DNA of 57,774 nt, counting the filler, from Candidatus Desantisbacteria bacterium CG1_02_49_89 (lineage in GTDB: Bacteria > Desantisbacteria > UBA1551): the NCBI GenBank assembly GCA_001871075.1. It is 4 parts of 4 records of this genome, joined end to end, with 100 filler letters (N's around TTAATTAATTAA, not from the genome) between each part and the next. Parts side by side here need not be neighbours in the genome. Positions count along the whole stretch, not along the records: positions 1 to 15,843 come from MNUP01000009.1; positions 15,944 to 31,483 come from MNUP01000030.1; 2 more parts are not named here. One strand, written 5' to 3'. Positions within the stretch are counted from its first letter, which is position 1. Every line of letters starts with the position of its first letter. The notes under the pieces were generated by a model, which did not search any database, was not told where the DNA came from, and saw only the letters and a program-made list of their open reading frames with translations. Position numbers and translations under genes: made by a program. This document shows positions 8,781 to 16,310 of this stretch, in pieces.

Positions 8781-10232
8781 TCAAGCAAGGGCATCCTTGA
8801 GCAGTTTGCTCTGGCGCTCAAATGCCTGGCGCGGATTGCGCGGGTCCTTCATAAGAGAAATTTCCTGCGTGATGAGACGAGCAAGGTAGAAAATGTATGC
8901 CTCTCTGTCCTTCACCGCTCTCTGATGAAGCGGGTGGTCGCGGTTAATCGTAATGATGGTTCCCTGTGTTTCGCATTCGGGACCTTCGGGTCCGAAGTGG
9001 TCTATGAGACAACTTACTCCCTCCCTGCCTGCTGCCAGCCTTTTTACGACAGCGGTAGGGGTCAGGGGTTTGACAGAAGGGCGTTTCATTCTTTTCTTTT
9101 TTGGCTGTTCTTCTGTTTTCGCGGCAGCCCTCTCTGTTTTACCGGGTTTTCCGCTTCCTGTAAAACCGGGAGTTCCTTCCCCGGCTTTTCCTTCTTCTCC
9201 GACCGGCAGCAGACCTTCGGGACAGAATTCAGGATTCATAAAAAGACTGTCTTTTACTCTTTCAAGTACCTCGGTCAGCACCCGCTTGGTTCTCCGGTTT
9301 TGCTTGAAGTCAGAAAGTTCTTCAACGGTCTTTTTAACTCTTTCCATCACTCTTTCCATCACTTTGCGGAAAGCCTTATATTCCTCGCTGTCCCTTATAA
9401 AATCACTGCGGTCACTTGTTATTGGAAGGAAATCCGCGTTGACCTCGCCGGTCACCCTTGCCGCGCCTATCTCCCACTTTTCAATCCCGAAGAAATCCCT
9501 GCGGATTGTCGCCTGCTTGACCTTACATTCAACGCCGGCTTCTTTCGCGTCCGTCCGGGATATCGGAGTGATTATTATCTCGCCGTGGACTACTCCGAAA
9601 TCAGTTCCTTCAAGAAAAGGAATCCTGTGCCCCGGAACGAACCTTGGAGAGACTTTTTTGTCATTCAAAAACACCGAGAAGTGCGGAGCCTTCAAAGGAA
9701 CGGATTCTATGAGACGCCTCTCCACGTCCGCGAGATTGAATTTTTTCCTCAGTTTTTTCAAAGTGACAACCGTGCCGTCTGGCTTTTCGGAATCAACCGG
9801 TTCTGCAAAGAACGGAAGATTCCAGGATTCAGGGGATTTCTCCCACTCATCCTTGTCAAATACGACCTTTGCCTGAAAATCGCCCTTCTTTGTCCAAACT
9901 TCAAAATACGGACAGGCCGAGAGAACCGCGAATTTGCCTATGCCAAACTCACCTATGCGGTCCCTGTCGAATTTTGGGGATTTGCGGTGAAGTCTTTTGT
10001 GGGGTGAGCCGATGTTGAAATACTGTTCAATATCCTTCCTGTCCATTCCGCTGCCGTTGTCTGAAATGATAATTTCGTCATCGCTGATTTTTATGCGGAC
10101 CTCGCTTGCATCAGCATCGTAGGCGTTGTTTACCAGCTCCCTGATCAGCTCAACGCTTTCGCCGTATAACCGCTCGCCTATGGTAACGATGTGGGTCTTA
10201 TCCACTGTCACAGAAATAGTATTTTCAGCCAT
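8781..10232 (-). CDS. GHKL (HATPase_c, MORC/Hsp90-like) ATPase
   Basis: ELVNNAYDADA (N box), DNGSGM (G1), IGEFGIGKFA (G2), GTVV; S5-like GEVNADFL...R..F; C-terminal ITINRDHPL. Confidence 0.9.
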   Translation of the reverse strand: MAENTISVTVDKTHIVTIGERLYGESVELIRELVNNAYDADASEVRIKISDDEIIISDNGSGMDRKDIEQYFNIGSPHKRLHRKSPKFDRDRIGEFGIGKFAVLSACPYFEVWTKKGDFQAKVVFDKDEWEKSPESWNLPFFAEPVDSEKPDGTVVTLKKLRKKFNLADVERRLIESVPLKAPHFSVFLNDKKVSPRFVPGHRIPFLEGTDFGVVHGEIIITPISRTDAKEAGVECKVKQATIRRDFFGIEKWEIGAARVTGEVNADFLPITSDRSDFIRDSEEYKAFRKVMERVMERVKKTVEELSDFKQNRRTKRVLTEVLERVKDSLFMNPEFCPEGLLPVGEEGKAGEGTPGFTGSGKPGKTERAAAKTEEQPKKKRMKRPSVKPLTPTAVVKRLAAGREGVSCLIDHFGPEGPECETQGTIITINRDHPLHQRAVKDREAYIFYLARLITQEISLMKDPRNPRQAFERQSKLLKDALA

Positions 10233-10339
10233 CTTATCTCCTGTAAATCACAAATTGCGATAAACGAAATTTTATTTCTTATAAAGTATGCCGAATTATC
10301 CAACAATATAAAAGGAATAAAAATGGTGCCTGTCCCTAT

Positions 10340-11197
10340 TTACGTAAGGATTCTATCCAGCGCCTTCTTGCTGACGGCTGAGGCTTCGAACGGCTTCGGG
10401 TGCTCCCAGACGTCTATGTCTAGCCAGCCGTCATACTTCCCAACGGTTTTCAGCGCTTTAATAACTCCCGCAACATTCATTTTCCCGTCCCCGATCGCCA
10501 TATGCCTTGAGCTCTTTGACTCGATCTTCGTGCAGGTGCCGTCGTTATCGCACACGTGGGTGTAACCGATCTTTCCCGCGACTGCCTTGATGAATTTCAT
10601 GGGATTTCCCTTTGTAAATATATTCACGTGGGAAAAATCAAAAATGCACTTGAAATATTTTGAATTGACCTTGTTCAGGAGTTTCACAAGCAGGTCCAGG
10701 GTGTTTATCATCTGCACCGGCTCAGCTTCGAACGCAAGCGTGATATCATATTTTTTCGCAAGTTCCGCGCATTTGCGATAGCTTTCTATGAACCAATTCA
10801 TCGCGTCATCTGACGGCCCGTTTCCAAGGAGTTCTCCAGCCCATACCCCCATCACTTCGCAGCCCATGACCTTTGCCAGGTCCAGCTGCTGTTTTATGCC
10901 GTCAACATATTCTTTGCGCAGCATGGAGTAACTGCTTCCAGGGTTGCCTTTCAGGCCTCCGGGCAGGGACTGGAGAGCCGGAACTTTCAGTCCTCTGTTG
11001 TTTATCAGTTTTTTCAGTTTTTTCTGTTCTTTCAGGTCTGTCGGATATGGGTCAGGAATGCCGAAAAGCTCAACTCCGTTAAAACCCAGCTTTGCCGCGT
11101 GGCCAAGTATCTCCGGCAGGGAATATTTCATTTTATATACCTGGCTCGCCCACCCGAACCCGTTCAAACCTAAAGCAATACCACGAAATCCGCTCAT
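10340..11197 (-). CDS. Sugar phosphate isomerase/epimerase (xylose-isomerase-like TIM barrel)
   Basis: AAKLGFNGVE, LAFEAE, FDFSH, THVCD, GDG and YDGWL motifs; start at MSGFRG. Confidence 0.88.
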   Translation of the reverse strand: MSGFRGIALGLNGFGWASQVYKMKYSLPEILGHAAKLGFNGVELFGIPDPYPTDLKEQKKLKKLINNRGLKVPALQSLPGGLKGNPGSSYSMLRKEYVDGIKQQLDLAKVMGCEVMGVWAGELLGNGPSDDAMNWFIESYRKCAELAKKYDITLAFEAEPVQMINTLDLLVKLLNKVNSKYFKCIFDFSHVNIFTKGNPMKFIKAVAGKIGYTHVCDNDGTCTKIESKSSRHMAIGDGKMNVAGVIKALKTVGKYDGWLDIDVWEHPKPFEASAVSKKALDRILT

Positions 11198-11375
11198 GCT
11201 AAACCCCCTGTAAACCACAAAATTTCCACGAAAGCACGAAAAATTCAGCCATGGATTTGCACGGATTAATACAAGAAATGTCATTGCGAACGAAGTGAAG
11301 CAATCCGGAATTTAGATTGCCACGCCCTTCGGGCTCGCAATGACTGATAGACAGTCATCTTGTGGAATCGCGTGG

Positions 11376-14300
11376 TTAAATCTTTGATCTGAAATTATAA
11401 GTTCCGGAACCTATTTCAAAAATTGCTCTGTGATTCTCTATTCTCACAAACTTCACGCCGGAAGACTGAGAAGCGGGTTTCCCGCCCTCTGTAACATGGG
11501 CTTCGTTTTCCGCCGGAATATAGATCGTAGCGGTCGTGTTCGGCGGAACAGCCACATCCCAAACAAGATCCGTGCCTTCTTTTTTCCACCAGCTCTCGAT
11601 CTTTCCGTTTACGGAGTGGTATATGCCGCGCACCCAGTCCAGCTGGCCGAAAAGGTGCGGGTTCAGGATTATATGCCTGAAACCCGGCTGCCTTGCATCG
11701 GGATTTATGCCCGCGATACCCGAGAAGAACCACGCGTCAAACCCGCCCTGCATCGGGTGGTTGAAGGAAAAAACCGGCTTTGTGCCGTCCTTGTAAGCCG
11801 GGACCATTGCCTCCCAAAGGGTCGTGGCGCCCTGGCTGAACATGTCCGTGAAACTCGGGAAATCCGTTTTGGCCAGGATGCCATAGGCGGTGCTGTCATA
11901 CCCGAAATCGCTCAGCGCCCAGTAAAGGTGCCTGCTTCCTATAATTCCTGTCGTGAAATGGCCGCTGTGCTTTTCCATAACGTCGGTGTTAAGGCTTTTT
12001 GCAACCTCCGCGCGTTTTCCATCAGGAACAAGGTCCAGGTAAAGCGCAACCGCGTCAGCTGTCTGGCTTTTGAACGTCATTTTCTCAGGATCAAGGAATT
12101 TCTTTATGAACGATGCTTTTATCTGGTCCGCGAGCCTGCCGTATTGTTCCGCGTCCCCGGTCTTGCCAAGCAGCTTTGCTATTTCTGAAAGCAGGCGGGC
12201 GTCAAAATAATATAAGGCTGTGGACGTAAGGACAGGCGGGCATTGCATATGGGCATTGTCTCCGGGCGGGCACCAGTCGCCGAACCCGTCCTCCACGATA
12301 TTGTCCTTTGCCATCGCAGTAAGGTAGTCAACCCATCGCTTCATATGCGGGTAATGTTTCTCGAAAACGCTTGTGTCATTGTAATAAAGGTAAATGTACC
12401 AGGGCACCTGGACTATCGCGGAACCCCAGTCAGGCCGCGCCTCCCCGCAGGTGCGCTTGCCTGTTGAAATATTGCAGGGAATGCCGGGACTTGCAGGCTT
12501 GCCTGTGGCTGTTCCCCCGCCCATACCCAGGCTTGTCTCTATATCGTTCATGTATTTCGCCCAGAAAAGCGCCATGTCATAATTATAGATCGTCATTTCA
12601 CCTGACACATGCGCGTCGCCCAGCCACCCGCACCGCTCCCTGTGCGGGCAGTCTGTCGGTATGCTGTGCAGGTTGCTGATCTCGGTCCACAGGCAGGTCT
12701 TGTGTATGCGGTTAAGCAGGTCGTTTGAGCAGGTAAAGCTCCCGTTCCTCTGCACGGACGTGTGCACGACAACGCCTTCGAGCATATCCAGGTACGGCTT
12801 ACCCGGATAACCGGTCATTTCAACGAACCTGAAACCGTGGTATGTGAACCGCGGTTCCCAGACCTCAATCCCTTTCCCCTTGCAGGTATAATAATCGGTC
12901 TGGACCACACCGGTCGCGAAAACTCCGGTGCTGTTGGGGTCGATCCTTCCGTCAGGATAAAGGACTTCCGTGAAACGCAGCCTGATGGTCGTGCCTGCAG
13001 GCGCCTTGACTTTCAGCTTCACCCACCCGGTGAAATTCTGGCCCAAATCAAAAATGCAGTGGTGAGTGGTGAGTGGTGAGTGGTTAGTTAATAAATGATT
13101 TTTATCGTCTGCTGACCACTGGTCACTGGCCACTGGCCACTTTAGTTCAACGGGTTTGACAGTGGCCATGCGCTTGATCGGGGGGATCTGCTGGGAAACA
13201 AGTTTCGGCGTCAGCGGCTCTCTGACAACCGCGTTCTGCCACCCGGAATCGATAAATTTGGGCTCAGACCATCCGGGAATTTCTTTCCGCGCGTCATATG
13301 TCTCTCCGGCATAAACATTGTTGAAAACAACCGGTCCCTCTGATGCCTTCCAGTTTTCATCGGTAATTATCGTATCGGCCGTGTTATCGCTGTAATCGAT
13401 CTTTATCAAACAGATCGCTCCGGGTTTGCCGTAAACCAGCCCTCCCCAGACAAGGTCCTGGTTATACCAGCCGTTACCAAGCATAATGCCTGCGGCGTTC
13501 CTGCCTTTCCTGACCTGTTTTGTTATGTCATAGGTCGCGTAAAACGCATAATGCTCGTAGTTTGTCTGGCCAGGGTCAAGCACGCTGTCCCCTGCCTTTT
13601 TTCCGTTCAGGTAAAATTCATAATAGCCAAGCCCGCAGATATACGCGCGCGCCTGCCTTATCGGTTTTTTCAGCTCAAAAGACCTGCGAAGCAGGGGTGA
13701 AGGGAAAGGCTTGGGCGCAACAGGGATCCTGCCCCAGGGCGGGTCCCCGTATTTCAAAACAACTTTCGCATTCTTCCAGTTCTTAGGCTCAAAATCGATC
13801 CCCTTCCAGTCGCCTTCAATTTCCTCGGCTGCTGACCAGGAATTGTCTGTGAGTACTTTTGCCTCAGCGCCGTTTTCGTATTTCACCGAAAGCCCGAAGA
13901 GCGCGCCGGCGCTTGCCTGGGTTGTGTTCATATTCTGCCAGCAGTTCGCCTGGATGAGAACCGTGTTTTTTCCCGGAAAGAGGTATTTCGCGATATCAAA
14001 ATCAGTGGTATAAAGCAGGGTCCCGCAGTCGCCCACATGGATCCCGTTTATGTAGAGCATCCCGCAGGCGTATGCCGCCATCCGCGCCTTTGCCGATCTT
14101 ATTTTATTTCCCTGCTCAACATTAAAATACCGGCGCAGGTAAACGGTCTGGTGGCCCTTGAATTCAGGATACCATATCCAGTCACCGACAGAAATATCTT
14201 CCTTGCTGCCCGGATCAGGCCTGTGGTCTATAGATATCCATTTCGCGCCTGACCAGTCTTTCTGTTCGAGCAGGCCCATCTCCCAGCAGGCAGGTTCAGA

Positions 14301-14678
14301 CCATTCTGATGCCTGTCCATCCTGGTCCCACACACGCACCTTCCACCAGCATTGCATCCCGCTTTTAAGCGGCTTGCCTGAATATTTAACCTGGGAAGTT
14401 TCGCTGGATTCTATTTTCCCCGAATCCCACAGGTCAGCCTTGTCCGGATCCAGGATCTCGCGGCTGGATGCGGCCAGGATATGGTAAGCGGTCTGTTTAA
14501 GACCCCTTAAAATGGGGACAGTCCCGATTCTACGCTCCGACTTTACGTCGGAGCCGTAAATCTGGGACAGTCCCCTGGTCGCCTCTATCTGCCAGGAAAG
14601 GCGGGGCTGGACCGCGTCTATCCCTATCGGATTTATCTGGTACTCGCTTTTCAGCATTACCGGCCGAATATTAGCCAT
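11376..14678 (-). CDS. Alpha-L-rhamnosidase (GH78) carrying two repeat-derived in-frame insertions
   Basis: DLWDSG, ICGLGYYE, DLGQNFTGW, FTYHGFRFVE, PTDCPHRERCGWLGD, GATTLWE and S.NH motifs. Confidence 0.95.
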   Translation of the reverse strand: MANIRPVMLKSEYQINPIGIDAVQPRLSWQIEATRGLSQIYGSDVKSERRIGTVPILRGLKQTAYHILAASSREILDPDKADLWDSGKIESSETSQVKYSGKPLKSGMQCWWKVRVWDQDGQASEWSEPACWEMGLLEQKDWSGAKWISIDHRPDPGSKEDISVGDWIWYPEFKGHQTVYLRRYFNVEQGNKIRSAKARMAAYACGMLYINGIHVGDCGTLLYTTDFDIAKYLFPGKNTVLIQANCWQNMNTTQASAGALFGLSVKYENGAEAKVLTDNSWSAAEEIEGDWKGIDFEPKNWKNAKVVLKYGDPPWGRIPVAPKPFPSPLLRRSFELKKPIRQARAYICGLGYYEFYLNGKKAGDSVLDPGQTNYEHYAFYATYDITKQVRKGRNAAGIMLGNGWYNQDLVWGGLVYGKPGAICLIKIDYSDNTADTIITDENWKASEGPVVFNNVYAGETYDARKEIPGWSEPKFIDSGWQNAVVREPLTPKLVSQQIPPIKRMATVKPVELKWPVASDQWSADDKNHLLTNHSPLTTHHCIFDLGQNFTGWVKLKVKAPAGTTIRLRFTEVLYPDGRIDPNSTGVFATGVVQTDYYTCKGKGIEVWEPRFTYHGFRFVEMTGYPGKPYLDMLEGVVVHTSVQRNGSFTCSNDLLNRIHKTCLWTEISNLHSIPTDCPHRERCGWLGDAHVSGEMTIYNYDMALFWAKYMNDIETSLGMGGGTATGKPASPGIPCNISTGKRTCGEARPDWGSAIVQVPWYIYLYYNDTSVFEKHYPHMKRWVDYLTAMAKDNIVEDGFGDWCPPGDNAHMQCPPVLTSTALYYFDARLLSEIAKLLGKTGDAEQYGRLADQIKASFIKKFLDPEKMTFKSQTADAVALYLDLVPDGKRAEVAKSLNTDVMEKHSGHFTTGIIGSRHLYWALSDFGYDSTAYGILAKTDFPSFTDMFSQGATTLWEAMVPAYKDGTKPVFSFNHPMQGGFDAWFFSGIAGINPDARQPGFRHIILNPHLFGQLDWVRGIYHSVNGKIESWWKKEGTDLVWDVAVPPNTTATIYIPAENEAHVTEGGKPASQSSGVKFVRIENHRAIFEIGSGTYNFRSKI

Positions 14679-14831
14679 TTAATACTCCTTTACAGTTTAT
14701 ATAGTTTACAGAGTTTACAAAGTTTACAGAGTTTATATAGTGAAAATCTCAGTGGATTAAGTGAACTCAGTGGCTGAATTTAGTTTATAAGTATAATCCG
14801 TGTGAATCCGTGGAAATCCGTGGTTAAATGT

Positions 14832-15404
14832 TTATCTTGGGATTGTATTAGCGATCTCGCGGCACAGGATCTGCAGGAGGAATTCCGGGTCTTTTTTCAT
14901 GCGGTCCCTGTCCTGCGGGTCCACAAGCGCCTGTATCCTGGAGTCAGAGCTCCTGAATGTATCTTTTGCCTGCCAGACCTGCGAGCCCTTTTCAACAGAC
15001 ACAAGCCGAACGCTTATCCCCGCTTCCCCCGGCTTATACGCCGAAAGCGTTCCCAGCACCACCCCGTGCGCTCCCAGCATCTTCCCGATCTTTACCGCGG
15101 TGGATTCGTCAAGGCGTTCCGGGTCAAAATCCTGCTCCTTGAAAACTTCCTGTATGCGCAGCCTTTCCACGAGCGTGAAATGCCCGGTCTTTCCCAGCTG
15201 GAGGTTGAATTCCTCGGTCGCCTTTTCCCCGGCAAGAACATCGCCTGAAACGTTCTTGAACGGCAGGACCGCGACCCTTTTCTCCCTTATGTCCTTGAGC
15301 GAGTTGGCGTCAAGAAAAAAGTTGGTCACCTTGTATGCCGCAGGCGGCGCCGCGCATCCCGCTACCATAACCACCGATAATATCAAAAGCATTTTACGAT
15401 ACAT
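14832..15404 (-). CDS. CsgG/HfaB-like lipoprotein
   Basis: Lipobox VAGC; VAVLPF, LVER..I..V.KEQ and KIGKMLGA motifs. Confidence 0.82.
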   Translation of the reverse strand: MYRKMLLILSVVMVAGCAAPPAAYKVTNFFLDANSLKDIREKRVAVLPFKNVSGDVLAGEKATEEFNLQLGKTGHFTLVERLRIQEVFKEQDFDPERLDESTAVKIGKMLGAHGVVLGTLSAYKPGEAGISVRLVSVEKGSQVWQAKDTFRSSDSRIQALVDPQDRDRMKKDPEFLLQILCREIANTIPR

Positions 15405-15653
15405 GCAAACCTCCTATTGCAACCACAGATGAACACCCTCTACAGGTTTCTGCGAAACCTAACCGTGAGGGCAGGCAGGTGAACACTGTTTTGACCACTG
15501 AATATGCCAAAAGAAGTTATTTTCACAGGGAATTGACGAGAACTTAAACTGAACTTATTACTTTTTCTGGGTTTAACCTAAGAATTTTAAGTTCTCTTAA
15601 GTTCCCTGTAAAAGTATTTCTGTGTTAACCTGTGTTTACCTGTGGTTATTTAG

Positions 15654-15843
15654 TTATTTTTCTATTGTAAGAGCGAATTCGCGGCACAGGGTCTGGCTGA
15701 GGAATTCAACGTCCTTCACCAGTCTATCCCTGTCCTGCGGATCAACAAGCGCCTGGATCCTGGGGTCATTACCCTTGAAGGTCTCTTTTGCCTGCCACAG
15801 CTGCTCGCCTGTCTCAACGTTTACCATGCGCACGCTTATCCCG
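15654..15843 (-). CDS. C-terminal part of a tandem paralog of the CsgG-like lipoprotein (5' end lost in the gap)
   Basis: Manual translation GISVRMVNVETGEQLWQAKETFKGNDPRIQALVDPQDRDRLVKDVEFLSQTLCREFALTIEK* aligns without gaps to the C-terminus of 14832-15404. Confidence 0.88.
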
Positions 15844-15943
15844 NNNNNNNNNNNNNNNNNNNNNNNNNNNNNNNNNNNNNNNNNNNNTTAATTAATTAAN
15901 NNNNNNNNNNNNNNNNNNNNNNNNNNNNNNNNNNNNNNNNNNN
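15844..15943. other. Artificial contig linker (N run with TTAATTAATTAA six-frame stop)
   Basis: The same 100-nt linker occurs three times. Confidence 0.98.
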
Positions 15944-16176
15944 AGGAATGCCTGGTGGTTATCTATCGCCCAGATCTCGCCCTTTGAAAGCCTTGCCAGC
16001 TCAAGGGTCTGCATCCCCGGGCCGCACCCGACATCCAGGATCCTTGGCCTTTCAGGCAGATCTTTCAAAAAACCGTATGCCCTGCGCGTGGAAAGGTTGT
16101 TACCGGGACCTCCCCTGGGCAGTTTTTCGAATATTGAAAAGAAAACATCCCACTCTTTGCTTGTCCAGTCTTCCAT
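15944..16176 (-). CDS. Class I SAM-dependent methyltransferase, N-terminal part (truncated at gap)
   Basis: LPRGGPG...T.RA and ILDVGCGPG (motif I); AAGGAG RBS. Confidence 0.88.
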
Positions 16177-16310
16177 TTCTAACTCCTTAAAGAATAATCA
16201 CCCTCACCACAATCCTCCCCCGCATTAACACCCCCATCTCAATCTTCCCCCGTCTAAGGGGGAAGAAGACTTAGGAATAGATAAATTCTTAGGGGGAAGA
16301 AGATCAAGGT

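Larger units (their letters stand above)
6681..10340. mobile_element. Putative inverted-repeat-bounded four-gene cassette (no transposase inside)
   Basis: Perfect 17-bp IR AATAGGGACAGGCACCA (6681-6697) and TGGTGCCTGTCCCTATT (10324-10340) enclose the Fic, Zn-protein, SWIM and GHKL genes between two metabolic genes. Mobility is inferred. Confidence 0.45.

Noticed and set aside
8721-10007. 428-aa and 307-aa plus-strand ORFs
   Set aside because: Antisense shadows of the GHKL ATPase gene with no motifs; the same applies to the other plus-strand ORFs in the track.
15844-15943. TTAATTAATTAA palindrome within N runs (also 31484-31583 and 45899-45998)
   Set aside because: Standard six-frame-stop contig linker, not biological; ORFs containing X are truncated by it.
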